DNA from: Cercozoa sp. M6MM
Taxonomy: Eukaryota; Protista; Endomyxa: Ascetosporea
Assembly (NCBI GenBank): GCA_040357565.1
Contig: JBDODJ010000040.1
DNA length: 64,000 nucleotides
Strand: one strand, 5' to 3'
A model generated the notes under the pieces. It was not told where the DNA came from. It saw only the letters and a program-made list of their open reading frames with translations, and made no database searches. The number at the start of each line of letters is the position of its first letter. Positions within the stretch are counted from its first letter, which is position 1. Position numbers and translations under genes: made by a program. Shown piece by piece: positions 18,796 through 32,113 of this stretch.

Positions 18796-21700
18796 TTACA
18801 TGCGATCGAGCGTGTCGATGCCGAGGAGGGCCATGCCGTCCTGCAGCACGCGAGCGACGGCCTGCACGAAGACGGCACGCGTCTTCTGGAGGTTGGGGTC
18901 CTTGCAGTTCTTGATGCTGGTGTCGTGCTCCTTGTCGTTGTACCACGACGAGAACATCTGCGCCGTCTCGAACAAGTAGTCGCAGAGCGCCGACGGCGAC
19001 GCCTTGACCGGGTCCTTGGCCGACGCGCACTTCTCCACGACCTCCCAGAACTTGCCGAGGTGCCACAGCAGCGCGCGCTCCTTCTGCAGTACCAGGAGAC
19101 TCGGGTCGACGTGCGCGTCCTCCTGCAGCAGCGGCAGCACCTGGCGCATCATGCTCTACCACACAATACACAAGGCATGTCACAGTCAAGCAACCAAGAT
19201 GAGACACACGAGCTACCTGGATACGAGCGTACGCGTAGAGCAGGTAGGGACCGGTGTTGCCCTGCACGGAGGCCCACTTCTCCATGACGAAGGCAATGTC
19301 CTTGTTCGTGTCGTGGTTGAGCATGCCGTGCCTGATCGTGGCCACGCACAGCTTGCGCACGGCCTCATCGACCTCCTCTTGCGTCCAGCCTGTCATATAG
19401 GTATGCATATATAGGTTTAGTATGCATAGAGGATAGACAGCAGTACCCTCCTTGAGCAGGATGTTGCCGTCGGCGTCGTGCTGCACAGCACCCTCCTCGT
19501 CCTTCTTGGCGAAGAACTCCTCCAGCTGTTTTCAACGAGCGTCACAAGTGAGAGCCACAAGTGGACCGGACAGGAAGAAAGGGTAGGCAATGAATGAAGA
19601 GTGAACATACAATGTACTTCTCGAGCATGTCCTTGAGTGCGCGGAACTTGATCACTGTGTTAGCACGCGTGGCCATCTGCACGCCATTGGCGAGCGTCAC
19701 GCGGCCGTAGCTCTGTTGCACGGGAAGGGTGAAGTACGGCAACAGGAAGACAGAAGGGGAGGTACCTTGTGGGCGCACTGCTTGGCTTGCTCGTAGCCCA
19801 TGAGGTCGAGGCAGGCAAACACCTGCTTGAAATGCATCTCCTGCGCCGAGTCGACAACGTAGATGCTCTTGTCGACGCCGAACTGCTCGAACTTGCGCGA
19901 CGCCAGTGCCAGGTCCTTAGTGGCGTACAGACCGGCACCGTTGCTCTTAATCAGCAGGCTGCACACGCACACGGGTCAAGGGAACACGAGGGAAATTACA
20001 CAAGAGAAACCACTAAAGAAGACAAGGTTACCAGAACGGCAGCTTGTACTTGGACAGGTCAGCGCCGACAGCGCCCTGATCACGCACAAAGACGCCCTTC
20101 TCGAGGTACTTGTAGGTAACCTCCTTGCTCTGCTCCGACACCTCGCTCTCGAAGAAGTCGTGCGCGAAACGGCAGCCCTGCAATCGCACATGGGTAGGTC
20201 ATGAGTAGGTCAAGGGAAGCAATACATGGGTTAGGAGGAAGCACGCATGGTATACAGGCAGCGCAGGGGAGACATACCAGCCACTCGTAGACCTTGGCGA
20301 ACTCGTCGAGCGACCACTGGCGCGTCTCCTTCCAGAGAGCGTGTGCCTCGGGCTCGAGGTCCTCCATAGCGCGCAGCAGCTCACCCACCTCGCGACGCCA
20401 CCTGCCAGACACGTCAGACATATACAGAGAGACCACCCGTGCTACCTTTCCTACCTGGCATGCACCTCGCTGACACGCTCGCCAGTGCCAGGCATGTGCT
20501 CGGCCACCTTGGCCACCTCGATGAGCTCGTCGCCCACCTGCGCCGACTGCACCGACTCGACGTGCGACAGCACGCAGATCAGCTTGCCGCGCTGGGGGGG
20601 GGGGGGTAAAGGGGGGTCAACAACTACACCAACAATACCAGCTTGTCCTCCGGCTTGACGGCCTTCTTCTTCTTCTTTTTCTTCTTCTTCGAGGCCTCCT
20701 CCTGGCCAGCACCTGCCGGGGAGGGTAAGGGGCGAACAAAACAGGAGAAGTATGTGTACCGAGCAGTGCCTGCAAAGCCTCCGGCTCCTCGGCTTCGAGC
20801 TTCGCCAGCACTATGTGCAGAAGCTCATGATACTGCGGGGGGGGGGGTAAGAGTAGAGGAGTAAAAAGTACCCTCAGAAACAAGGGCATCCGGAGCACGC
20901 TCAGAGCACTCGGAGAAGCCGAGCATGATGCCGCACGAGTCGACACCGAGCATGTCCTTGGGCGCCACGTTGATGCCCTTGAACTTGCCGCCCACCGGCA
21001 TGTAGGCCACGAGGTCGCCGACCTGGTAACCAGCGCCACCGCAGACCACCTGGGCCTGTCCAAACGAGAGGGGGGGGGGGGGGGGTAATTAGGCTAATGG
21101 GGGGTAATGGGGTAAGAGTACTGTGTTGCCCTCGGCGTCGACCGTGAGCGTCACGAGGTGCCAGTTCGCCGGAGCCTCGGCGTTCGGGTGCGCCTCGATC
21201 TTGTCGACACTAAGGATAGAAAGCATATGATGCGGGGAGGGAGTAAAGGCGAGGAGAAGGGTGTGAAGGTACCGAGCAGCAACAGCACCCGGGAGAGCAA
21301 ACTTAGTGAGGTAGTCCAGTGCGAGCATGCACGTGGCCTCGACGTAGCAGTCGCCCAGGAAGTTGGCGCGCTCGTTCTTGGGCACATCCTCGAGCACGAC
21401 GCCGTCGGCCACCTTCTGCTTGAGCAGCCACAGACACTTGGCAATGTGCTGGCCTTCGTCGCCTGGGGATACGGAGGGGAGGGTCAGAACAGCAAGGCAC
21501 AAAACCACAAGGCTATGGGCAGGCAGAAATCAGGTAGGCACCAAAGTAGTTGACGGGCAGAACCTCGTGGCCGACGTGCTCGTACAGACGTGACAGCACG
21601 TCGCCGAGGGCGGCGTTGCGCATGTGGCCCACGTGGAAGGCCTTGTGCGTGTTGGGTTGCGAGTACTCCACCATCACCTTCTGGCGCGGACCGTCCACCG

Positions 21701-22206
21701 GCGTGCCACGTGCCTGTGGACAGGGTGGTACAACTGGAGTAGCAGTGGTTAAAGGACCATGACATGACAGTTAAGGGGGAAACCGGGCAGTTTAAGGGAA
21801 TGACATAACAGTTTAAGGGAGCACACCTGCGTCCAGCCGCCGTGGATGGCGTCCATGATCTGACCGAGCATGCTCGTTGATAGTTTCACGTTCACGAAGG
21901 GACCCGTGGCCGAGAAGGACTAGAAACAAGGAGGCTAAGGACAAAGGGAATCGCAGTCAAGGACAGCAGTACCTCGACAACCTTAGCGAGTTCAGCATCC
22001 TCCACAAGACGCTCCTGCAGCTTCTCGCAGATCTCCTCGGCTGCCTGCAGCGGCTTCTTCTTGAGCACACCTACGGTACACATGTACAGTACATATGTAC
22101 AGCACACATGCACCAGTATCAGCACATATGTACCCGAGAGACGAGCGCACACAATCGCAAGCTCGCCAAGTTCCTTCTTTTGGCCGTGCTGCACACACAC
22201 ACACAC

Positions 22207-22263
<57 letters not shown>

Positions 22264-22608
22264 ACCCAAGAAGCCATGTGTCAGGTGAGGTACCTGCACG
22301 AGACGCGCCAGTTCGGCCGGCGACTTCTCGACGCCGAAGGCGTTCTGCAGCACGACGGCCAGCGACTGCGACAGAGCGTCGGTGGCGGCCTCAATCACGT
22401 TCACAGTGGCGGTAGGCGACGACATTCTTCTTGCGGCTACGACTGGGCGACGAAACTGGATGCTCCGACTGAACAGGGTACTCCGCTGGGCACACGAAGA
22501 CGACGACGCTCGAGAAGGTCTAGGAACACTCACAAGTACCCTCAATTGAGAGGCTGCTGTGGCAGGTGCGATTGTCTGGACTGAGCGCGAGAGGATTCTT
22601 GCGCGCAT
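18796..22608 (-). CDS. argS: Arginyl-tRNA synthetase with inserted OB-fold domain and N-terminal targeting-like leader
   Basis: VEYSQPNTHKAFHVGHMRNAALGD (HIGH region); FFESEV; LLIKSNGAGLYATKDLALA; YVVDSAQEMHFKQ; GNTGPYLLYAYARI; C-terminal LLGIDTLDRM. Confidence 0.95.
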
Positions 22609-22736
22609 CCAACCCCAAAACAAACGCAACCACGCTCACAGAACAGCCGGCGATAGCCACTGCGTAACAATAACCACTGCGTAAACAAAAATGAGCACGC
22701 ACCAGGACACGCCGCGCAGTCGACTTTGTCGCTAAG

Positions 22737-24698
22737 ATGAAAACTGGCTCCTGGCTCGAGCGGAATTCTGTTCCTAGCTTTCGGCTCAAAACCTGTCTGT
22801 GGTCCAGGTGGTCACCGCCTCTGCGGTCATTCGGTCATTCAGTTTGATGGGGGGGGGGGGGCACGCCACAGACACGCCTCGTCTCCGGCGACGTGTCTTG
22901 CAGTGACGAGTCATTTAGGCAGGAGCGACACGCCAAACGATGCCTCTAGGGTGGTGCATCCAGTACGCCCTGGTGCTGCTTTGCTTGAAGGCATGCTTTG
23001 CTTCTAGTGCGGGTATTTCTCTGTGTTTCTTTCTGAGCGAGATACGAAACTCCAATCTTTGATACATGTCTTGAGCAGAGTCTGCGTCCATTCCGAATGA
23101 CGTTGCAATACAGTTGCTACAGGACATGCAGGCGCTCAGTTCCGACGAAGATCCAGTCTTTTCTAGCCTCAACCACAGGACTGATCAGACGGCGGCAGCG
23201 CACAATCCGCTCGTGAGAGAGATGCTGCATCTCCGCTGCGAGGTGTGTAATCAGCGAAGTTAATCGGTAGGGCGAAACCATATAGTGTTGCTTCGCATGT
23301 ACAGATCGCGAAACTGCAGCACCGGCTTACTCAACTGGAGTGTGTCAAAACTGGAACTGCCGCATGCGATGACACGGATGAAGTGAGAGTAAACCTTAAA
23401 GTTAGTCCAGAAGAATTGTAGATTTATTCAACAACTGGACCTTTTGGCAGCTTGCGCCGCCGAGTGGCGACGTTTGGCGTCTTCCACGCCGATGTGAGTT
23501 CGTCACTAGAAAACATGGGTCGTATACATCATAGTGGTGTGTCTGTCTTGCACCGCAGACCTCGTCACAGGAATCGCACTTACGACGGGTAGCGCAGTCG
23601 TGATGTTGAACTACTGCAGTGCAAGAACGTACTTGTACGCAACGCTGGAGCATGTACCTTTACATCCTCATATGTGTAAACCTTCGAGAAAGGAAATAAT
23701 CCATTTGATTGTTGGCGCAGTTGTGGTACTCGCTACGGTGCAAGCACGTGAGAAAGGCGATTCGAAGTTCAATGCCGTCGTTTGTCGCCGCTTTGTTTGC
23801 GTAACCATAGCGCTTCTATTCCTTGCGTGTGGTTGGATGACTGGAATCAACAGAACTCGTTGCAACACACCACCGCAGGCAGCGTGGAGTCATCTGCAGA
23901 AAGGAACCACTGTATTGTCCCTGTACAACAAACACATACATGGCCCTTCTGCTCCTTACGCTTGCACTTTCCTGCCTGTGCCTGTGAGTAGAAGTTAGTA
24001 ACTGCGCTGGCAAACACAGTGTCGCACTCGACGAGCTCAAGTGACAGTGTTGACGCAGTACACAACTTTCCTGTGGGTGGGGTGTGTCATCCGATCGTCA
24101 ATGAATATTGACTTTGGTTAGATTGACGGCAAGCACGGACTTGAACATGTTCGCACAATGCTAGCTGCGTGGGTTATCGATACACGGGTAAACTGACAGC
24201 GAATCAATACAGTTTATTGTGTTTCACAGCTGGTCTTTGGTGAGAGCTAAAAAATAGTAAAGTTGAACTAAAGAATGAACTAAAGCAGAAAGCGAAAGTG
24301 GCACTGACAAAAGGATCGCAGAAGCTGACTCTGACGTCGCAACAGCGTGAGCTTGTTGCTCGCCACGTAAACTGCTTGTGAATCATCACATTATATGTAG
24401 CTTAACATTCCATCTCATTTAGGTACTTGATACCCTGACTGGACGGCACGTGACGAGCTCAAAAGTATTGGCACTGCCGGGTTACGGAGCAATCGATTTT
24501 GACGATGCCGCTTGGGTCGTTAATGGAGTAAATTATACCTCTTTCTTTTTGACACCCTTGATGTGCGTCTTGTAGGCGCGACTTCAAGTTCAGCTCACTG
24601 CGGTAAAAGGCACAGATTCGCGGCAACGTGGCGTCATTGCTCTGACGGGTTGTGCACCTTCGGCCGTGCGCATTACTGTCAGTCGGAGCGACGATTGA
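22737..24698 (+). CDS. Hypothetical multi-exon protein; start uncertain
   Basis: Chain of in-frame GT-AG-joined exons, e.g. EMLHLRCE|IAKLQHRLTQLE and IDGKHGLEHVRTMLAA|WSLVRAK...ARH|VLDTL...AAW|ARLQ...SDD*; no recognisable domain. Confidence 0.45.
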
Positions 24699-25011
24699 GC
24701 CGAGTTGCGCACAGCGAGAGACTGTCTTTTTGGAAGAATCAAAACGCACCGCACCATCCATCCATGACTGAACGGGACGCTGACAGTAGCCTTAGTTCTT
24801 CAGTCATGTGTTAAGAGCCTGAACCCTTGGTAAAATTTATAGGCTAGTTCATTTCGAATCGAAAATGGCTCAGGCTTTCAGAGTAGCTCTGTTCCAGTCT
24901 TTGAAACTGATATCGCCTCGTCTTTCGGACTTTCACGTCGATTTGTCTCGCAAATGAATGACATTTTCCATACGATGAGGCACTAACAGAGCAACATACT
25001 GTTAGGGTAAG

Positions 25012-28000
25012 ATGTCTCTCTCCACACCGTCCCGTCAGCCCAGTACTGATCGAAACGCGAGGCAAACTAGAGTTCAAAATGATCTCTCAGTCTGCGACGC
25101 TGACACCGATATGCACGGCAACACTGCAAGCTCTCCGGTGAGCGCACCTCCGCAACAACAACGCCGACAAGAACGACGGTTGCTGTTAAAAGCTCTGGAG
25201 TCTCGCGATACTGACAGTTTGTTCTCTGTGTCACCCGGCACTTCTTTTGCCACGAGTGCGAGTCATGGCGACCCTGTCCCAGTATTTAAACATACCTTCC
25301 CGCGCTTGCATTTAATCCGCACTGTTTTGCAAAATCTAATCGCTATGATGTGACAGAAAACCGTCGAAGAGCAGGAGCTGGTGAAGCAAGCGCAAACTGC
25401 AACAGACAAACTCGCGCAGCAGCTGTGCAACCGCGCTCGGAACTCGCAACTCTGCACTCATGTCGCACAGCACACGGCGCTGGCACCTGGATGCTGTCTG
25501 GTGACCCAACCTATCCGAGCGCGCGATGCTAACCGCAGCAACGCAGAGCAGCGTCGCATTTTCCGGCAGGAACTCGTCCAGCGACTGGACATGCATAAGC
25601 AGTTTTTGCACTCCCTTTCGCCATTTGGTAAAACATCTATTTCCCACAGTTCACCTCAAAAAAACGTAGGAATTCAAGTTTGCGCTGTTTTTAGACAATG
25701 TGGAAGACAGTCCGCTGTCTGCAGCAGCGCAAGCGCTTCGTGACGCTGCCGTCACTGGCAAATGCAGGCGCATCGTCATACATGGCGACATGTCGATATT
25801 CCAGTCGATACAGCGATACTTGCTGCGATCGCTGCCACCGTAGCTTTCGATATGAGAAGTCATGCCATGAAAACATCAGCTGTGCGCAGGCAAGATCCCT
25901 TCGATCCTGTGGCAGCTTCGTCTGCTTTGGACGCGACGTTTCTGCTGAACAGAAACACGGCCTGTGCTGCGGTGTTTTGGATGCGACTTGACGAAGGGTG
26001 CGCATAGACATCACCTGCACCACAGTTATACTGCCGTATGTATGCGTGTATGTGCAGAGAGGGTGCCAGACTGGCCGCCGTGCAGACAACGCAGGTGCCA
26101 CTGACTCCGCTCTCTCGCAAGGGAGTGTTTGGATCGGCAGCCACCTTGAAGTCGCCGTCGGCAGCCCGGCACTATGTGCGCTCAATCGCCGACAGTCACT
26201 CTTTCGGTAGTATGCCCTTGTCTTTCCGTGTTGTTGCCTTCCTCCAAGATGGTATGTCTAACAGACAAAACAACCGAGTCGATGAGTGCACAATACGACG
26301 CAAGGAATCACTTTGTCGAAGTGGTGCGCCGCTTTGGTGACACATGGGAAGTCGACGGGTACCACTCCAGCAATGCACTTCAAAAACAGCACGCGACATA
26401 TGGTTCATGCAGACAAGGCAACACGGTATCGATCGACCGAGATCCGAGGAAGGAAGCCCAAAAACTGCTTTGCAGTCCGCGGTATGCGAGTGGTCGCATT
26501 CCTGACAGCAGCAGTTCCGACGACACCGGCGACGACAGCGACCGACTTGGAGCACTCGTGGTTTCGCTGTTGCGAACAGGCATGGCTGTGGAAGTCTGCA
26601 CACAGGTACCTTCTCCTGCACTACTGCTGTAGTCTTGTGCGAATGACCCTTGTCTCGACAGATCGTGGCAGTGCTCGCTGCCGAAGCCCACTTGCGCAAC
26701 ATTCGCTACGCCAAAGTAGTGGACGTCTCTGGGTATCAACTTCGAATAGTTTTGCTTGTCAGAGTTAACAACGTGTGCCTGTGCAGAAAGCAAGGCAAGT
26801 ACGAACGAGCCAAGTGCCAATTTACAGATCGCAAAAGCAGGTATACTTCTACCTTGAGTCTTTATCTTACCTCTGTAAACTTACGTTCCCCTCGCCCCGC
26901 AGAAAGAGCGTTGCGTACGCCTCTGAATTGCTTGGGGTGCCGCTCTCGTTGATGCAGTGGATCCTGCTGCACAAACACGTATCGATACCGGTTCCAATGC
27001 GCGAGGAACTGCACCGCTTGCGCACGCGGCCTTGCTCAGACCCGACCAAATACGACAGAGACATCTCCGAAAGTGATAGTTTCGCAAGCGTTGATCTCAC
27101 CAACAATCCTTCCAGTAAACTACACTTTTGCAAGACTGTCGTGTTCGTGCTCACTCCGAATAATGTACGACATGCACATGTAGGAGCTTCTCATCGAAGC
27201 CGTCGAAGGAGGGTACTGCCATTTCCAGCAGACGTCGCAGTACACACTCGAGACGCCTTGTGTGCCGAGGTATCCCCTTCTGTCTGCCTTGTCTATCTCC
27301 ACAGACTTTGTTCCCTTGTCGCCAGTTGCGACACCGACTGGAAGCTTGGGTGATGCAAAAGACACAGTACCACACCAACGGAGGCGTAGATATTGGCTCT
27401 GTCACTCCAGAGGACATGACACAGGACGACACAACTCCGCGGGTGTCAACACAGGAGCCAAGTGATCTCGAGTACGTTAATGTAGCGTCTCGAAGCAGCA
27501 GCACTCTACGCGGCGGCGGCGTGCCTCCCAAGGGACCCCGGGTCATTGTCGACGACCAAGAGGTATGTCCAATATGTATACTGGGGAGGGGGATGGCAAC
27601 ACTATCGAAATCTTGACGCAGGAACTCGACTTCGGCAACGTGTATTCCTCGGTGTCATCGGAGTCGCACATTACTCTGACGTCGCTGAGTCACTCTGTGC
27701 AAAGGGAAGGAAAGCACGTACCCATTCAAGTCGTTTTTGTCCCTCGAGTTGAAAATGGTACGTATGCTTTTTATCTTCGAGCTGAGGTGAAGGTCAATAC
27801 AACAACCAATTGGGTGCAGAGAAAGGCGGCATGACACAACTGATCTCGAGCATCATGCGCGAGCACTTGCGGCTACTCATTTCCTACAACGTACTGTGGC
27901 ACATCTATCGGCAAGCACTTCCACAAACTATCATGATGTGCATGTGTGCTACAGCTTCAAGAGGCAGCGCAATCGGCTCGTGAATTCGCCGATCGGGCAG

Positions 28001-30658
28001 TAAGTTTAAATTTTGCGCTTTATTTGACCAGCGTACCTACTTACAACTTGCTGATGAACCTCACAGGAGGAGCAAGGAACGAACGTGGCAGACAACGTAG
28101 AGTCTGACACGGACCGACGCATTTTTGTGCGACAGCGTGACAGAGCAACGTCGCTTCGTCGCTTCGTGCATGAGGTCAGTTTACCAGTACTTAACCGAAC
28201 ACTCAACTTCAGTTGTTTGGTAAATTTATAGCTTGTGACTCTTGGCGTGCACGTGCCTCAAAAACGCTCAATGCGCCGTCGGAGACAGGTGTTCTTTCTT
28301 AATGTGGCACTACTGAAGCTATTCCAACCTTCTCCATAGATCCGACTCGCCATTCGTGAGTATGTGAAGGAGGAAGAGCGAAGAGAGCGAGGTAGTATAT
28401 CACGGTGCCTGAGTTTGTACTTATGACTGCCTGTCTCACCCAGAGGAAAGGGTCGAAGTGAGAGTTTTTGGAGCACCGTCCTTGGAGGAACACAAAGGCG
28501 ACTTTGTTCTGCGGCATTTTGATCGACGACGAGGTACAGGCAGCTGATCTTTCGTTGTGCAAAAGGAAGCGAACCTGTGGAACCTGGCAGGCTACAGCAC
28601 GCGAAGACTGGCACACGAGCTTCGACACCGACTGACTGGTGACATACGGTACGCGCTGTCGCACAGTGCGCTGCGCTTGGTCCGCTCGCTGTTCCCGCGA
28701 CCCCGACCTACTTCACCGACCCAAGTGAAGCCGTCGTTGATTGAGTGGGACACCTGCGCACTCGTTGCCACAGCTGCAGCAGCTGCGCGCAACGCACTCT
28801 TCTTCTGCAAGCACTGGATCTTCAGCAGCACCGACAACAGCGACATGCGCAAGGACCTGCACTTCCACATTGATGCGCAGTTGCTTCCTCGACACGGTGT
28901 GTGTTTCTTTGAGGATTTGGGTCTTGGAGACTTGAGTTACTTGCACACGTTGAGTAATATAGAGACACCGACTGTCGCGGTTCCATCTGAACATTTTGGG
29001 TATCTTGCTCAACACAAGTGCGCACAGTGGAGGTCCAAGGGTGCTTGCATGTCAGGCAACCCGAGTACGGTGGAACCTTCTTCGTGCTCCAGTTTGCGTT
29101 TGCGACGTCGTCTCCAGCGTAAATACTCTGTCAATTGTGGATCATCGCTTGTTCCTGAGGGTTGGTTCTCTTTTTAGGGCTGAAGACACACTTTCATCGT
29201 CTCTCCGGAGGTGGTGTTTCGCTTCAATCCTGCGTCGATTGGAGTTGGTACCGTCCAGTAGGTGATATCGGGTCACATACTTCAACTTATAGTGGGCTGC
29301 TAGCAGAACAGTCGTTGGAGACATCGACTGCCGGGAAGAAAGTTCTGTCTTCGATACAAGAAACTCTTCTTTGCCGACCCGCGACAGACACTGCCGGACT
29401 TGTTTGGCGGCACTCGTGGAGACGCGACAGGGATCATCAGGCGCGCCGCTTTGGGAACTTCTGACGCTATGGTGCTCCCAGGGAAGGGTACGTCATGTTG
29501 TCTGCTTTGATTGCTTTTTTTAGAAAGCAGAAGTGTAAATTTACACTAACATCCAGGAGACTTTGAGGTCGCTTTCAGTGACAAAGCACTTCGCGTGTTG
29601 GAAATCCATCGCTTGTTGCTCCCCGAAATCAACAGAACTGGTAGACTTACTGTAGTAACAAGCTCTAGGGTGACCAAACTTGTGAACTCTATAAATGTGT
29701 CGGTAGCACTCTCATTCTCAAGCGAAACCATCGAGACAGAGAGTGAAGAAACCGCCACAGTAAACTCAGTTTACCCTGAGAGTGCTGGCTAGCACCATGG
29801 TGGTGCTCTTAACTGCATGTAGGAGATACTGCCTCTGCCTCCGACGGATACTCTCGACTTGAGTGCTGCCGGAGAGAAGTGGCTACAGCAGGAACTCGGG
29901 CTCGACGACATCGACCCGAGTCGGCTTCTAGAGCAGTGGAGCCTAGTGCTCTCGCAGCGTGCACGTCGACGTCGCGGCAAAGCTCAGCGACTCAGCGAGC
30001 GTCACGAGCAAGACAGGTCGACGAAGATGGCATGGAACGCGACGGACTCGCTGCTGGAGTGGCTGCGACGGTTGATTTTCGGCGACTCGGAACTGCCGCT
30101 GCTGTCGGTCGAGAGCAGGCTAGTCGAAGAAGCGGAGGAAGCTGAGGAGGCTCGCTCGCGTGACACTCTGTTCAGTTGGCAGCAGGTGCAAGACTTACTG
30201 CCCTACGATCACGCTATGCCAGCTGTGACCCGAGCAACCTACATGATAACGTCGCCTCCGCTCTCTGCTCGCAGTTACTCCAGCGAAGAGGTATCGCATT
30301 AATAAGCAGCCCCCCTGTAGATACGGCGGGGACTCTAATCATGCTATAGCTGGCCGGCTTGAGAGAAAGAGCTGCGCAGGAGTTGCGGCACCAGCGAGAG
30401 CAGTGTGAGTTGCACAGACCAAGTGGAATGAGGGTGCTCTCAATTCTCCAAGATGATACAAGCACCTACGCGTCCTCGCTGGACGATCTTCGAGGCGGCG
30501 GCCTGCGCCAGCGACCTGTCGTCTACGTGAGTGCTCGTCGTTGGTTCTCGCTCGCATGGGCCATCGCTGGCGCGGTTTTCCTCTGCCTCGGGCTCGCCTA
30601 CAGACGCCACGTTGTGCACGGGAACGCGCTCGATCTGATCACATGCAGCTTTGCTTGA
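25012..30658 (+). CDS. Highly divergent myosin-motor-like protein with degenerate ATPase motifs and a C-terminal TM helix
   Basis: Colinear myosin landmarks: LSPF (cf. VNPF), GVFGSAATLKSPSAARH (cf. EAFGNAKTxRNxNSSRF), LAAEAHLRNIRY (cf. LAAILHLGNIxF), SELLGV, TRDALCAELRHRLEAWVM, MTQLISSIMREHL (cf. FEQLCINYANEKL), FVLRHF, SALRLVRSLF; TM segment WFSLAWAIAGAVFLCLGLAY. Confidence 0.75.
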
Positions 30659-31125
30659 GGGGACGTACCTGTCGTTTGCAGTTGGCATATTAAACACCTC
30701 GCCCAAAAATTTACTGTACCTTGGCCAGACAAACTGCTTCCCATAGACCTTCAGCAAGTACCTCACTGAGATTTCAGTTGTAGTTTATGACCTTCGCCTC
30801 CCCCGAATCAAAGAGCGTGCCTGCCGTTTCTCGAATGCAAGCATATTCTGGCGGGCACGCTTTTTTGGTTCCTTTCACGACACGAAATTGGTTTAAATTT
30901 GAGATCGTGTGATTCTGAGGTTGGCACGTTGGTCACAATTGACTTACGCTGTAGCTACAAGCTGATTGTATTGCTATATCACAATTAGACTGAAGCAAAC
31001 ACGTGCCAACGGTGAGTTTCGACCGCTAAGCCGTCGAGCGACGAGTCTGTTTGCTGTTTGGCGCTGCAGTTCGGGTGAATTATAATCAATGTTTGTGTGC
31101 TTGTGCTTTTGCAGGAACAGACACA

Positions 31126-32113
31126 ATGACAAACTGCTGCATCTTTGGACCTCCTGGAGCAGGAAAAGGCACGCAGTGCGAACGAATCGTCGAGGAGTTC
31201 GGCATGGTACACTTGTCGACGGGAAACATTCTACGAGCAGCCGTAGAAGCCGACAACGACCTTGGCCGTAAAGCGAAGGAGTACATGGACCGCGGTGAGT
31301 TGGTGCCATCAGACCTCATCAACGCAATTGTGCTAGAGAAACTGAAGCAACCAGGTACAGCACATCAGATACTGCCCTGAACAGGTATTTACTGTGTTTG
31401 TAATTGAGTATGCTGCTTAGACGTGCAGTCTAAGGGCTGGTTGCTCGATGGCTACCCTCGCACTGCCGGCCAGGCGCAGCTGCTCAAGGACAATGGTACA
31501 ATTTTGTACCCTACTGCCCTCTCCATGACACCTTTCTTTCCCCTTATAGGCCTGCTGCCGGATGTGTTCCTGTGCCTGGACGTTCCTCGGTACTTTGCAT
31601 ACTTTTTTGTCTCAGAAACTGAGTCGTATCTTGTTTCACGTGGTGTGTCGAAGTGAGGTTCTGGAGGAACGCGTCACTGGTCGTCGTCTCGACCCTGAGA
31701 CAGGCAACGTGTATCACATAAAATACCGCCCTGCACCCAGAGAGGTAAATTTGCATTTGCTATTTAGTGTACTGACCGTGCATACGCATTTGAGCAGATA
31801 CAAGACCGCCTCGTTCAGCGACCTGACGACACAGCAGTCCGTCCCATTTTACAGTTGTGGGTTCCACTTGGTATGACCGTGCTGTAGGAAAAACTACACG
31901 TCCGTCTGAATGCCTACGAGGACAATCTCGCCTCTGTTCGTCCCTTCTTCGTGCAGAGTGAGTGTGTCGTAGACGGCAGCAAAAACGTATGTTTTTGACT
32001 GCGTGTCGTTTGTACTACTACGTTTTTTAAACCCTCAGATGAGCGAGGTGACAGACATGGTCCTAGACGCTATCGCGCAGCACCACCGCGCACACGCCCA
32101 GGCAGAAGTATAA
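31126..32113 (+). CDS. adk: Adenylate kinase (6 introns)
   Basis: GPPGAGKGTQC, HLSTGNILR, GELVPS, GWLLDGYPRT, GRRLDPETGNVYH, QRPDD. Confidence 0.95.
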
